Positions 20,331 through 31,154 of a stretch of 56,822 bases of DNA are shown here, piece by piece. The stretch spans positions 56,049 through 112,870 of the forward strand of contig PSLL01000003.1 in NCBI GenBank assembly GCA_040289575.1, written 5' to 3'. This stretch comes from Candidatus Dadabacteria bacterium. GTDB taxonomy: Bacteria > Desulfobacterota_D > UBA1144 > Nemesobacterales > CSP1-2. The notes beneath the pieces are model-generated. The model was not told the DNA's origin. It did not search any database and was given only the letters and a program-made list of their open reading frames with translations. Position numbers and translations under genes: made by a program. Each line of letters opens with the position of its first letter. Position 1 is the stretch's first letter.

Positions 20331-21194
20331 TTAAATTGACAATACTGCATCTGTCATCCTGGCTACGCGTCTCATATAGAGGACATCGTGGACTCTTATA
20401 AATGAGGCGCCGTTCATAATGCCAATGGCTATGGTTGCGGCGGTTCCTTCCAATTCCCCGTCCAAGTCGCCGATGACTTTGCCTATAAAGGATTTTCTTG
20501 ATGTTCCTATCAAGATCGGTTTGCCGAGCACAAGGAATTCACTGAGGCACTTGAGGAGTATGAGGTTATGATGCGGAGTCTTTCCAAATCCGAAACCGGG
20601 ATCAATCAGAATACTCTGTGGATCAACCCCTTTTCCCTCTGCCAGTTCTATGGATTCTTTAAGCGACCGAGTTATATCGAATACAATATCATTATACTCG
20701 GCTTTGGCCTGCATATCATACGGACGAGACGTTGTGTGCATAAGAACAAGCCCGGCTTTGTATCTCGCTGCAATCGAGGCTATATTGGGGTCAAATTTGA
20801 GTCCGCTTATGTCATTTACTATTGATGCGCCTTCCTCAAGAGCCTCTTTAGCCACATTTGATTTGGTTGTATCTATTGAGAGGGCAATGTCAAACCGTTT
20901 TCTCGCCTCTTTTATTATTGGGATCGTGCGTCTTAGCTCTTCCTCTTCTGAGACCCCGATCGATCCGGGCCTGGTTGATTCCCCACCTATATCTATGATG
21001 TCTGCCCCTTCGGCTACCATCTCTTCAATGCGCCTTAGTGCATCGCCGGGGTTATAATACCTGCCCCCGTCATAAAATGAATCCGGGGTTACGTTAAGTA
21101 TACCCATAATGTACGTTTTTGAACCAATGGGCAATTCCATATCCCTGCACATAAAGCGGGTTAATTGACGACTTAAAACCTTATTTTCAGACAT
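20331..21194 (-). CDS. folP: Dihydropteroate synthase
   Basis: MGILNVTPDSF, DIGGESTRPG, DPGFGFGK, SRKSF and RVHDV. Confidence 0.96.
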   Translation of the reverse strand: MSENKVLSRQLTRFMCRDMELPIGSKTYIMGILNVTPDSFYDGGRYYNPGDALRRIEEMVAEGADIIDIGGESTRPGSIGVSEEEELRRTIPIIKEARKRFDIALSIDTTKSNVAKEALEEGASIVNDISGLKFDPNIASIAARYKAGLVLMHTTSRPYDMQAKAEYNDIVFDITRSLKESIELAEGKGVDPQSILIDPGFGFGKTPHHNLILLKCLSEFLVLGKPILIGTSRKSFIGKVIGDLDGELEGTAATIAIGIMNGASFIRVHDVLYMRRVARMTDAVLSI

Positions 21195-21340
21195 CTTCTT
21201 TTACTTATTAGACGTCATGTATAGGATATTTTGCTGAAGCGATGCATGAGGTCTGACGTTTGGCTTTTATCTCACAATGAGGCTCTGCCAGTATAGCCAG
21301 AGATACACACCATCGAATGATTACGGAGGAGAAATACCGT

Positions 21341-23212
21341 TTAAGAGTCCTTGTTGGTTCTCATTGCTACCGCGCCCTTTGCGCTGAGAGAACCTTCCCA
21401 GGAGGGGTATTCGGGCCTTGTCTGCTTTACGAGGTCATCAAGCTCCTTTCCATCAACCACTTCTCTTTCAAGAAGCGCCTCGGCAAGCTTATGGAGGAGG
21501 TCTATGTTCTCTTCCAAGATGGCCTTAGCCCTTTTGTAATTTTCGGTAACTACCCTCCTTATTTCCTTATCAATTTCTAGCGCCGTGGCTTCGCTATAGT
21601 CCTTGTGCCTGGCAAGCTCCTTGCCAAGAAAGATCTGCTCCTCCCTTTTTCCAAATGTCACGGGCCCTACCTTATCACTCATTCCCCACTCGCATATCAT
21701 CTTTCTTGCAATTTCGGTTGCCCTCTCAAGGTCATTTCCGGCTCCGCTTGTCTGCTCTCCGAATATTATCTCTTCCGCTGCCCTCCCACCCAGAAGAACG
21801 GTGATTGTATTATTAAGATAGGCCTTAGAGAGTGTGTATTTATCCTCGACTGGAAGCTGCTGTGTGATGCCGAGTGCAAGCCCTCTTGGTATTATAGTTA
21901 CCTTGTGTATCGGATCGGTGCCGGGGGTGAGCTTTGCAACAAGGGCATGCCCGCCTTCATGATAGGCAGTTATCTTCTTCTCTGCATCGCTTATTATAAG
22001 GCTCTTTCTCTCGACACCCATGAGTACCTTATCCTTCGAGTACTCAAAATCAATCATAGAGATTTTTGTTCTTCCCACTCGCGCCGCATGAAGGGCAGCC
22101 TCATTTACCAGGTTTTCAAGATCGGCACCTGAAAACCCCGGGGTTGCACGCGCCACTGTGGCGAGGTTTACATCTTCACCAAGCGGCGTGTCTCTTGTAT
22201 GGACTTTAAGTATCTCTTCTCTGCCCCTTACATCGGGCCTTGGAACTACGACCTGTCTATCAAACCTTCCTGGGCGGAGAAGGGCCGGGTCCAAAACATC
22301 CGGACGGTTTGTTGCAGCAATAACTATTATCCCCTCATTCGGCTCAAACCCGTCCATTTCAACGAGGAGTTGATTAAGCGTCTGCTCGCGTTCATCGTGT
22401 CCGCCTCCAAGTCCCGCTCCACGGTGCCGTCCCACGGCATCGAGCTCATCAACGAACACTATACATGGGGCATGACGCTTTGCCTGCATAAATAGATCCC
22501 TCACGCGCGATGCGCCTACTCCTACGAACATCTCCACAAAATCGCTCCCACTGATTATAAAGAACGGTACCCCTGCTTCTCCCGCTATGGCCTTTGCAAG
22601 GAGGGTTTTTCCCGTTCCTGGAGGTCCTACAAGGAGTACCCCTTTTGGAATCCTGCCCCCGAGGCGCGTGAATTTCTTTGGATTCTTGAGGAACTCAACT
22701 ATCTCCTGTACCTCCTCCTTTGCCTCGTCAATTCCGGCGACATCTTTGAATGTAATCTTGTTCTGGTTTTCTGAGACCATACGGGCGCGGCTTCTTCCAA
22801 ATGACATGGCCTTGGTACCTCCGGCCTGAAGCTGTCTCATAAATAGGACCATAACGACAATCAGGAGTATTACGGGCGCCCAATTAAAGAGTATATGTAT
22901 CAAAGGCCCCTCTTTTTCTTTATCAAATCTAAATGATACTCCATTTTTCTTGAGTGTCTTTATAAGCTCATCGCTTGCAGGTCCGGTCGTTTTAAAACCC
23001 TTTTGGGACTCATCCTTTCTATATGTTCCTCTTATTTCATCGCCCTTGAACTCAACATCCTTTATTTCTCCTTGTTCGACGCTTGTGAGGAATTCACTGT
23101 ATGAAATCTCGGCATAGCTACTCCTAGGGGTCTGTAGGAATTGATATAAGGCGATAATTGTCACAAATATAACAAGCCATAGAATTAAATTTTTAAAAAG
23201 CTGACTACTCAC
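21341..23212 (-). CDS. ftsH: ATP-dependent zinc metalloprotease FtsH
   Basis: Two TM segments, [18 protein letters not shown] and HEGGH; start estimated at GTG 23212. Confidence 0.96.
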   Translation of the reverse strand: MSSQLFKNLILWLVIFVTIIALYQFLQTPRSSYAEISYSEFLTSVEQGEIKDVEFKGDEIRGTYRKDESQKGFKTTGPASDELIKTLKKNGVSFRFDKEKEGPLIHILFNWAPVILLIVVMVLFMRQLQAGGTKAMSFGRSRARMVSENQNKITFKDVAGIDEAKEEVQEIVEFLKNPKKFTRLGGRIPKGVLLVGPPGTGKTLLAKAIAGEAGVPFFIISGSDFVEMFVGVGASRVRDLFMQAKRHAPCIVFVDELDAVGRHRGAGLGGGHDEREQTLNQLLVEMDGFEPNEGIIVIAATNRPDVLDPALLRPGRFDRQVVVPRPDVRGREEILKVHTRDTPLGEDVNLATVARATPGFSGADLENLVNEAALHAARVGRTKISMIDFEYSKDKVLMGVERKSLIISDAEKKITAYHEGGHALVAKLTPGTDPIHKVTIIPRGLALGITQQLPVEDKYTLSKAYLNNTITVLLGGRAAEEIIFGEQTSGAGNDLERATEIARKMICEWGMSDKVGPVTFGKREEQIFLGKELARHKDYSEATALEIDKEIRRVVTENYKRAKAILEENIDLLHKLAEALLEREVVDGKELDDLVKQTRPEYPSWEGSLSAKGAVAMRTNKDS

Positions 23213-23277
23213 ATTTGCCCCTTTTGAGTGAAATTTCTTAGAAAAGGATAGCACACACAAAATACCATTTCAACATT

Positions 23278-23353
23278 AGAATACAGAAAACAGTAGACAG
23301 GGTGCAGGAAAAAAGAAAGCTTCCGATCCCTTGTGTTCTGTATACTGGATTCT
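23278..23353. repeat. Intergenic imperfect inverted repeat (AGAATACAG family)
   Basis: AGAATACAGAAAACAGTAGACAGGG ... CCCTTGTGTTCTGTATACTGGATTCT between cysK and ftsH. Confidence 0.6.
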
Positions 23354-23358
23354 TGTTG

Positions 23359-24306
23359 TTAACTATCCGATTCGGTGTTGCTAAAAACCCCGGTGCTTAA
23401 GTACCTCTCCCCTGTATCGCAGAATATGGTTAACACCTGTTTCTGAGGGCCGAGCCTCTTGGCAACCCTCACAGCAGCAAATGCAGCGGCGCCTGACGAT
23501 ATACCAACAAGAAGCCCTTCCATAGAGCAGAGGAGCTTTGTGAAGGATTTGGCTTCATCTCCTGTTACAGTCATTACCTCATCGTATATATCTGTGTTTA
23601 GAACCTCGGGAATAAACCCTGCACCAATCCCTTGTATGGCATGTGTATTTGCTTCTTTGCCTGAGAGTACGGCGGATTCGGCCGGCTCTACCGCGACTAT
23701 GTAAATATTTGGAAATCTTTTGCGCAGTACCTCTCCTACACCGGTGATGGTTCCGCCCGTTCCAACACCCGATACGAATGCATGTATTTCTCCCGGGACC
23801 TGTTCGAGAATCTCAGGGCCTGTGGTTAGCCTATGTGTTTGTGGATTGGCCGGGTTCCTAAACTGCTGCGGCATAAATGCATTTGGGTTTTCCCTAATGA
23901 TCTCCTCGGCCTTCCGAACAGCACCCTCCATCTTTTCCTCTGCAGGGGTAAGAATAAGTTCAGCTCCATAGGCGGCAAGAAGCAGTCTCCTCTCCAGGCT
24001 CATATCATCCGGCATTGTGAGGATTAATCTGTATCCCTTTACAGCGCATACAATGGCAAGCCCGATCCCCGTATTTCCACTTGTAGGCTCAATTATTATA
24101 CTCCTGCCCGGGGCGATTTTTCCCTCTTTCTCTGCCGCCTCTATCATAGAGAGACATATCCTATCTTTAACGCTTCCGGCCGGATTGAAAATCTCGAGTT
24201 TTGCCCAAACCGTAGCCGCCCCCTTCGGGACAACCCTGTTTAGCCTTATTACGGGCGTGTCTCCAATCAGGTCTAATACACTATCTGTAGCGTCGTATTT
24301 AGCCAT
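23359..24306 (-). CDS. cysK: Cysteine synthase A (O-acetylserine sulfhydrylase)
   Basis: NPAGSVKDR (PLP lysine), TSGNTG, GTGGT and IQGIGAGF; start at ATG 24306 after GAGG. Confidence 0.94.
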   Translation of the reverse strand: MAKYDATDSVLDLIGDTPVIRLNRVVPKGAATVWAKLEIFNPAGSVKDRICLSMIEAAEKEGKIAPGRSIIIEPTSGNTGIGLAIVCAVKGYRLILTMPDDMSLERRLLLAAYGAELILTPAEEKMEGAVRKAEEIIRENPNAFMPQQFRNPANPQTHRLTTGPEILEQVPGEIHAFVSGVGTGGTITGVGEVLRKRFPNIYIVAVEPAESAVLSGKEANTHAIQGIGAGFIPEVLNTDIYDEVMTVTGDEAKSFTKLLCSMEGLLVGISSGAAAFAAVRVAKRLGPQKQVLTIFCDTGERYLSTGVFSNTESDS

Positions 24307-24327
24307 ATTAGTTTCACCTCTGTAAAA

Positions 24328-24396
24328 GACAGAATACATGAAAAGAGAAAATCTCTAACCCCTGTATTCTTTATTCTGACTTCTGTATTCTGATAC
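24328..24396. repeat. Degenerate 7-bp tandem repeat plus inverted arm (AGAATACAG family)
   Basis: CTGTATT CTTTATT CTGACTT CTGTATT CTGATAC (24362-24396) is complementary to CAGAATACA at 24330-24338. Confidence 0.6.
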
Positions 24397-24834
24397 CAGG
24401 ATTCGTCTGACGTTTTCAAAGAGTATCTTCATTTACCTCCTCTTCACTGAATGTATGACTGAGTGCCTCAAATGACCCTCTATATATCTGAGATGTCCTT
24501 TACACCTCTTAGCGTCCATATACATCCGTCGAAATCATATCCGACGGATATGAAACGGGATATAAATAACAAACGAAAGGCAATTTACTCCTCCCTCTCT
24601 AATCCTTAAGAGGTCTATATGGCTTTTAAAAGGGTTCCAAAAAGCGGTGGCTTTCCTCTTTTAGACATGTCCTCTTTAAGGTAAAACATGTGTAAAAGGG
24701 TATGTAGATGTATGTCCCCAAAAACATTCATGATAAGAGGATAACAACTTTGTGGGGTCTATTCAAACATGGTTTCAGGCGTTAGTCTATAGATATCCAT
24801 CATTGGACACAATCCAATATAGAAGGGAGAAGAT

Positions 24835-25047
24835 ATGGAAGAACAAAAGTGTCATGAAGAGGGTGAGATGTTTGATGCATACATCCGTAGAGTAGAGGAT
24901 CAAGAGTTAAAAGGGATTCTGCTCAAGCTCAAGAACGAGATGCGGAGGTCTAATGCCTCATGGGAATCCGTAAGAGCGGTTCTGTTATCTCTATGGAATA
25001 AAAAGAAAGAGGCATTGATAGAGGTTCTTCCATTTATCCTGAGGTAA
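24835..25047 (+). CDS. Small hypothetical protein (70 aa)
   Basis: ATG preceded by GGGAGA; helical charged sequence; no family recognised. Confidence 0.6.
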   Translation: MEEQKCHEEGEMFDAYIRRVEDQELKGILLKLKNEMRRSNASWESVRAVLLSLWNKKKEALIEVLPFILR

Positions 25048-25054
25048 TCATCGG

Positions 25055-25881
25055 GTGTTGTGCATCGGCTGCCGATTTGAGAATAAAAACTTAATGAATA
25101 TAAAAAATGGAATGACTAGTGCCACTCTAGCTGTATTATTCGTATTACTCGCTATTGGGGTGCCGTTTGGTGATAATTTCTTATTTGCGGCGGACGGTAA
25201 ATCGAGTCTCAAAGACGCTGAGAAGACATATCTGAGTTACTATGAGGACTCCAGCAATATCGGCAGGGCTATAGATAAGCTCAACAGAATGTCGGAACAA
25301 AATTCTAAAGACTCACAAGCCATGATCCTTCTTTCCCGTGTTTGGCTAACCTATGGGGATGTCCTGGCCAGAAATAGGGATGAAAAACTCATGGCTTGTG
25401 AAAATGGCAGAGACATTGCAAAAAAGGCGATAGAAATCAGTCCCAATGACCCCGATGCGCATTTCTGGTATACGGCGAATATGGGCAGATGGGGAGAGAC
25501 AAGGGGGGTTTAAAATCGCTTTTTCTGGTCCCCGAGGTTAAGGAGCAGCTGAATCTAATCCTCGCCATCAACCCCAATTATGTCCCCGCCCTTGATGTTT
25601 ATGGGATGCTATATTATGAGCTTCCGGGATTCTTGGGAGGTAATCTGAATCTGTCAGAGAAGTACATTAGGCAGGCGATAGAGATAGATCCGCACCTAAC
25701 CGTTACTAGGGTCGACCTTGCAAGGGTTTTTATAAAAAGGAAAAGATACGATGAGGCAAGAAGCCAATTAAACAGAGTCCTAGAAGAAAAAGAGCCAACA
25801 CTGTATGGAGATTGGTACGTAAAGGATAGAAAAGACGCCGCGGAGCTGATAGCCGATATTAATAAAAAGCAGGGGAGATGA
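25055..25881 (+). pseudogene. Exported TPR protein (TatT/RMD-like), split by a 1-nt frameshift
   Basis: Signal-like N-terminus and AHFWYTANMGRWGETRGV, continuing as LKSLF...YYELPGFLGG in another frame at GGGGGGTTTAAAA (~25503-25515). May be a sequencing error. Confidence 0.7.
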
Positions 25882-25939
25882 GTCATGACACTTGATATTG
25901 GTGTATCTCGACTGTAGATTATTGTGCATATAGAGTTAC

Positions 25940-28546
25940 ATGAATCGGCGAATAAACCTATATAAGCAAGGCCAAAGGGTCGCACTATTAGTTATCGGCA
26001 TATTTTGTTTCATAATCTTTAGTTCTCTATTCCTCTATGGCGTTTACTGGTACTTTGTACATGATCTGCCGGATCTCACAAAAATCACCGGATACAGGCC
26101 CCGTCTTACAACCGAGGTTTATTCAATTGATGGCAGACTCATAGCCGAGTTCGGCGGAGAGAGGCGCACATTAATCCCATATGAAGAAATCCCCAAATAT
26201 GTAAGGCAGGCTTTTATGGCCGTGGAAGACAAACGCTTTTTTGAACATAAAGGGGTTGACCTCAGGCGCATCATAGGTGCGCTTCTAAAGAATGTTGAAG
26301 AAGGGGAGATAGTCCAGGGTGGCAGCACAATAACACAGCAGGTTGTAAAGAACCTTGCCCTCTCACCTGAGAGGAGCATATCGAGAAAGATCAAAGAGGC
26401 AATTCTGGCATACAGGATGGAGAAGAACCTATCAAAGGAAGAGATTCTCTATATATACCTCAACCAGATATATTTTGGAGACGGTGCTTATGGTATTGAG
26501 GCGGCAAGCAGAGACTACTTCGGCAAATCTGCCAGGGATATAAACATTGCAGAGGCTGCATTTCTTGCAGCGATTCCAAAGGCACCTACATACTATTATC
26601 CGCGTGAGCACTTTGGGAGGGTAAAGGGCAGGCAGGAACTCATATTAAGGTTGATGGAAGAGGATGGATTTATAACAAAGGAACAAAGGAAACGAGCAGA
26701 GGCGCATCCAATTAGGATATTTCCGAGGAGAAGTATAAACCTTGAGGTAGCCCCATATTTTGTAGAGCTAGTCAGACAGCATATGGAGGCGAGGTTTGGC
26801 ACAAGAGCCCTCATTGAAGGGGGATACAGAGTATTTACGACGCTAGATGTGGATTTGAGCCTTGCCGGAGAGTGGGCTCTGAGGCGTGGAATCTTAGGGA
26901 TTGAGTCGAAGCAAGGGAGGGGGATTGTCATTGGGCATTTAAACAGCCGCAATGAGATAGATAGATTTATAAGATCACAAAAGGTTAAGGGTATTGATAA
27001 AGGGGCATCATATAGAGCCGTAGTCACAAGTGTTATAAAAGGTGACTTACCTGGGGTTCTTACCTCTGTGGTTGGCATTGGACAATATCAGGGGATACTT
27101 AGGTTTGGAGTAAGCTCTCCTCTTGGGACTGCCATAGATGGGATGGAGCAAAACACATTATTTAAAAGGTATGCCCCTGTTAACGGATATGAAGGGATTA
27201 GTCTGGTTCCATTTGAACTCAGGGTTGGGGATATAGTCAGAGTAAAGATAGAGAATCAAGACAGCAGTGGGGTCTATTATGTGTCTATAGATTATACAAC
27301 AGAATCCCAGGGGGCACTACTTTCTATGGACACAGCCTCCGGGTACATAAGTGCAATCGTCGGAGGGCTTGATTTCTCTGTAAGCCAATTCAATCGTGCT
27401 ACACAAGCGCTCAGACAACCCGGCTCATCATTTAAACCTATAGTTTATTCTGCGGCTATAGATAAGGGATATACGGAGACTACGATTGTCAGCGACACAC
27501 CTGTTATGACTAAAGACTGGAGTCCACAGAACTATGACGGTGCATTTCTAGGGGATATTCCCATGAAGGAGGCTCTTGCCAAATCGAGGAATCTGGCGAG
27601 TGTGAGGATTATAATGGACATAAGTCCTCGATATGCGGCCAGCTATGCGAGGAGGTTTGGATTTACATCGAATCTCAGTCCTTACCCTGCACTTGCTTTA
27701 GGAGGTTCAGATGTAACGCTTCTTGAGATGGTAAAGGCATTTGATGTTTTTGCCACAGGGGGTAGGCTTGTCAAGCCTAGGTTTATACTGCGTATATATG
27801 ACAGGGACGGGAGGCTTGTTGAGGATAACACTATATTGCAGACAGAAGAGGAGTATGAGAGGGCTCAGAGAGAGAAAAAACGCTTGGAGGTAATTAAACA
27901 GATAGCTGCAAACACCGGTGATGCAGAGATAGGCGTGGCTGAATTTACCAAATCCAAAGAGGACAATGAACAGAAGCCGGATGATGAATTTGTGACAGCC
28001 GATGAATTTCTAAAGATTCTGCGGAGCGGCGATTTCTCACGGCTTAATCTGTCATCAAATATGGGGGATCAGGTAATCAGTCCTGAGACAGCCTATATAA
28101 TGGTCAATATGCTTCAAGGGGTCATTAAAGAGGGAACTGGACAAAGGGCGCTAGAGTTATCCTCTATTGCACCGATTGCGGGCAAGACTGGAACCGCAAA
28201 TGATTTTACAGATGCGTGGTTTATTGGGTTTAGTCCGAGGGTAATTACCGGTGTCTGGGTAGGCAGGGATGACCATAAGCCGATTGGCCGGGGGGAAGTG
28301 GGCTCAAGTGCCGCCCTACCTATATGGATAGATTTTATGAGGGAGGCGCTGAGGAGGTTTCCTGGTGGAAATTTCAGTGTTCCCGATGGAATACAGTTTG
28401 TAAATACGCCCTATGGATACATACCCTATAAATCGGACTCAATACCGAACGATATAAGGATAGAAGAGGGGGTGGGAAGAAATGAAAACCCCAGGGGACA
28501 GAATAATCCATCAGAGAGCGAGATTGATTTCCTCATAAGGCACTAA
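25940..28546 (+). CDS. mrcA: Class A penicillin-binding protein 1A
   Basis: N-terminal TM; glycosyltransferase motifs EDKRFFEH, GGSTITQQ and RKIKE; transpeptidase motifs SSFK, SRN and KTG. Confidence 0.93.
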   Translation: MNRRINLYKQGQRVALLVIGIFCFIIFSSLFLYGVYWYFVHDLPDLTKITGYRPRLTTEVYSIDGRLIAEFGGERRTLIPYEEIPKYVRQAFMAVEDKRFFEHKGVDLRRIIGALLKNVEEGEIVQGGSTITQQVVKNLALSPERSISRKIKEAILAYRMEKNLSKEEILYIYLNQIYFGDGAYGIEAASRDYFGKSARDINIAEAAFLAAIPKAPTYYYPREHFGRVKGRQELILRLMEEDGFITKEQRKRAEAHPIRIFPRRSINLEVAPYFVELVRQHMEARFGTRALIEGGYRVFTTLDVDLSLAGEWALRRGILGIESKQGRGIVIGHLNSRNEIDRFIRSQKVKGIDKGASYRAVVTSVIKGDLPGVLTSVVGIGQYQGILRFGVSSPLGTAIDGMEQNTLFKRYAPVNGYEGISLVPFELRVGDIVRVKIENQDSSGVYYVSIDYTTESQGALLSMDTASGYISAIVGGLDFSVSQFNRATQALRQPGSSFKPIVYSAAIDKGYTETTIVSDTPVMTKDWSPQNYDGAFLGDIPMKEALAKSRNLASVRIIMDISPRYAASYARRFGFTSNLSPYPALALGGSDVTLLEMVKAFDVFATGGRLVKPRFILRIYDRDGRLVEDNTILQTEEEYERAQREKKRLEVIKQIAANTGDAEIGVAEFTKSKEDNEQKPDDEFVTADEFLKILRSGDFSRLNLSSNMGDQVISPETAYIMVNMLQGVIKEGTGQRALELSSIAPIAGKTGTANDFTDAWFIGFSPRVITGVWVGRDDHKPIGRGEVGSSAALPIWIDFMREALRRFPGGNFSVPDGIQFVNTPYGYIPYKSDSIPNDIRIEEGVGRNENPRGQNNPSESEIDFLIRH

Positions 28547-29082
28547 TCCAGATTTATAAACGGTCTTATAGATTCAAGTCTCTTCTCCTCTATCCCATCT
28601 ATGTTGCGCAGCTCCTCTATAGCCCTAAAGGGACCTTTTAGGTTTCTATATTTAACTATTTTCTCGGCCAGCTTGGGTCCGATTCCGGGGAGGGCCTCGA
28701 GATCCTCAACACTGGCCGAATTTATTCCTATAGGAATTCCTAGAGCCAGGCTCTTTTTCCCACTTATTCTGGAGAGTGAAATAATCCCCCTGTCATTGAT
28801 TACAATCCTATCTCCGTTTCTGATGTTTTTTAGTTTATAAAGAGAAGCAATCTGCTTTATCTCATCCTCATTATAAACGGTAATGGGAAACCCATCGGGT
28901 TTAGACACTTCAATATAGAACCTCGGTTCCCGCGTTGTTCCTTGTAATTCGTGTCCTTGATTAGATCGAGGGATAATCCAGCGCAAGGGTTCTGAATTGC
29001 GAAATACAAAAAAGAAGGAGCATAAAAGGGCCAGGCATAACGCCAATTGATTAGAAAAAGGGGACAAGAGATTCTTTCTCAT
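28543..29082 (-). CDS. ComEA-like helix-hairpin-helix DNA-binding protein
   Basis: N-terminal TM; INSASVEDLEALPGIGPKLAEKIV...GPF...EL..IDGI. Confidence 0.85.
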   Translation of the reverse strand: MRKNLLSPFSNQLALCLALLCSFFFVFRNSEPLRWIIPRSNQGHELQGTTREPRFYIEVSKPDGFPITVYNEDEIKQIASLYKLKNIRNGDRIVINDRGIISLSRISGKKSLALGIPIGINSASVEDLEALPGIGPKLAEKIVKYRNLKGPFRAIEELRNIDGIEEKRLESIRPFINLD

Positions 29083-29090
29083 AAAATATT

Positions 29091-29132
29091 AGGATACAGA
29101 ATACAGGGGCTTGAGGTTTTTTCCTGTATTCT
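29091..29132. repeat. Intergenic inverted repeat (AGAATACAG family)
   Basis: AGAATACAGG (29098-29107) and CCTGTATTCT (29123-29132) form a perfect 10-bp IR, preceded by an extra heptamer AGGATAC. Confidence 0.65.
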
Positions 29133-29135
29133 AAC

Positions 29136-29927
29136 CTAAAATATTCCCTTGACAATCCCGCCATCGACCTGAATCGTTACCCCTGTAATGTAGCTTGCCC
29201 GCTCAGACGAAAGAAACACAACAAGGTCCGCGACCTCTTTTGGCCTTCCAATTCTTCCCAAGGGGATGTCCTTCTCCCATGAGTTTATTATTTCCTTCGT
29301 GCTTACCATACCTCTTTTTGCTCTTTCTTCTGCAAGATGTATGATTCTGTCGGTAAGGATTCTTCCGGGGCAGACATTATTTATGAGAATATTATCCCTG
29401 GCAAATTCATTTGATATGCTCTTTGCAAATCCTATTACTCCTGCCCTTGATGTGTTTGAGAGAATCAGCCCCTCTATCGGCTGCTTTACGGCAACGGAGG
29501 TGATATTAATTATTCGACCCCATCTTTGTTTTTGCATATAAGGGATAGATTCGCGTGTCATATTAATTGTGCTCATAAGATTAAGCCCTATTGCCATTTG
29601 CCAGTCATCGGGCGAGAAATTGAGAAAATCCCCAAGAGGCGGACCGCCGGCGTTGTTTACGAGTATATGCACAGTTCCATATTTCTCCACCGTTTGGGAG
29701 ACGATTTTCTTTATGTCCTCCGGTTTGGAGACATCACCATTGATGGCCAGAACCTCTGCACCGGTTCTTGATTTGATCTCCTCAGCCGTTTCTTCCAGCG
29801 TCTCTTTGCCCCTTGAGCAGATGGTTAATCTTGCGCCTTCTTCTGCAAGCCCAAAGGCTACCGCCTTTCCGAGTCCTCTGCTTGAGGCCGCGACTATTGC
29901 GATCTTGCTCCTTATACATAGGTCCAT
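29136..29927 (-). CDS. SDR family oxidoreductase (FabG-like, atypical)
   Basis: AASSRGLG, LVNNAGGPP, SNTSRAG and ASYITG..VDGG; start at ATG 29927. Confidence 0.9.
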   Translation of the reverse strand: MDLCIRSKIAIVAASSRGLGKAVAFGLAEEGARLTICSRGKETLEETAEEIKSRTGAEVLAINGDVSKPEDIKKIVSQTVEKYGTVHILVNNAGGPPLGDFLNFSPDDWQMAIGLNLMSTINMTRESIPYMQKQRWGRIINITSVAVKQPIEGLILSNTSRAGVIGFAKSISNEFARDNILINNVCPGRILTDRIIHLAEERAKRGMVSTKEIINSWEKDIPLGRIGRPKEVADLVVFLSSERASYITGVTIQVDGGIVKGIF

Positions 29928-30084
29928 TTTTTCGCTCTCCTTAGATAAACAGAAATATAAACGCAAGGGTGACAGAGGACAAGGTTTGTATTAAAATCTC
30001 TGCGTTCTATAAGGGTAGGGGAAGTGGTTTTGATCACAAACTCATCTACTGGTAATATGGTTTTATATCTATAAGAGGCAGGCT

Positions 30085-30648
30085 ATGGTGGACAATAAAA
30101 ATAAAGCCCTTAAAGAATGGACGATAACCATTAAGGCACTTGACGAGGGAAGACAGATAATACTTCTAAGAAAGGGCGGAATCCGTGAAGAGAATAGAGA
30201 GTTCAGGGTTGAGAATGAGAGGTTTCTCCTCTATCCTACGTATGAGCATCAGAGAGAAGATCTAATAAAGGAGGAATTTAGAGGTGACTTCAAAACGATT
30301 CAGCGCATAGACAACAATAAGGTAACCATCCGAAATTGGGCTATAGTTTCTGATACATATCAGATAACAGAACTGGAAAGGCTCGAAGCCATTTTTCCAT
30401 ACCATATATGGACTGCCAATTATGCAATGGAGAGGCTGACATGGCGGCCGAGAAAGCCGCTCCATGTAATATTTTTGAGGGTCTTCAGGCTTCCCGAGCC
30501 GAAAACCATTGATATACTCCCAGAGTATGGAGGTTGCAGGTCTTGGATTAGTTTATCGGATGAGTTCTCATTTGATAGGACAAATCCGGTTCTCAATGAA
30601 GAGGAATTCAAATATATCTCAGAAAAGATAAAGAACCTGCTCCGCTAA
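30085..30648 (+). CDS. DUF1802 family protein
   Basis: ALKEW, GRQIILLRKGGIRE, FLLYPTYEHQ and YGGCRSW. Confidence 0.88.
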   Translation: MVDNKNKALKEWTITIKALDEGRQIILLRKGGIREENREFRVENERFLLYPTYEHQREDLIKEEFRGDFKTIQRIDNNKVTIRNWAIVSDTYQITELERLEAIFPYHIWTANYAMERLTWRPRKPLHVIFLRVFRLPEPKTIDILPEYGGCRSWISLSDEFSFDRTNPVLNEEEFKYISEKIKNLLR

Positions 30649-30695
30649 GACATAGGCGATTAAGATATAGACGATACTTATTTGAAAATTGCTTT

Positions 30696-31034
30696 TCATT
30701 CAACCTTAACGTCGCTCTTTTCCATATTCGCCATGCCGGACTTTCTGGGTTTCTTCGTTTCTTTTGGCTCAGACCTTTTCTCCGATTGATTTCCGTTAAC
30801 AGAGCCGTTGGCATCGCCTGAGAGTGCCGGATTGTCTTTGGTTACCTCGGATGGTATCCTGGGTTTCTTTACATAGTCGGTTGCATACCATCCTGTTCCC
30901 ATAAGCTGAAATGACGAAAGTGAAATAATGCGATTTACCTTTCCCCTGCAGTACTTACATCTTCTCAGAGGCGGATCATTAAATCCCTCGGTTATTCGAC
31001 CGCATTTTTCGCATTCATATTCATAAATCGGCAT
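30696..31034 (-). CDS. FmdB family zinc-ribbon protein
   Basis: MPIYEYECEKCG...CKYC...GTGWYATDY followed by a low-complexity tail. Confidence 0.9.
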   Translation of the reverse strand: MPIYEYECEKCGRITEGFNDPPLRRCKYCRGKVNRIISLSSFQLMGTGWYATDYVKKPRIPSEVTKDNPALSGDANGSVNGNQSEKRSEPKETKKPRKSGMANMEKSDVKVE

Positions 31035-31154
31035 GACATCACTCCCCTAAACACGCTGATATTGGCTTTATCGGTTTTGATTATCTAATATAATCATATA
31101 GATCCGATATTCAAGTCTTCACATAAAAAGGAGATAAAACCACCTTTTTCTTTT

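Noticed and set aside
21195..21340. c-di-AMP or folate riboswitch between ftsH and folP
   Set aside because: No recognisable consensus or convincing stem set by eye.
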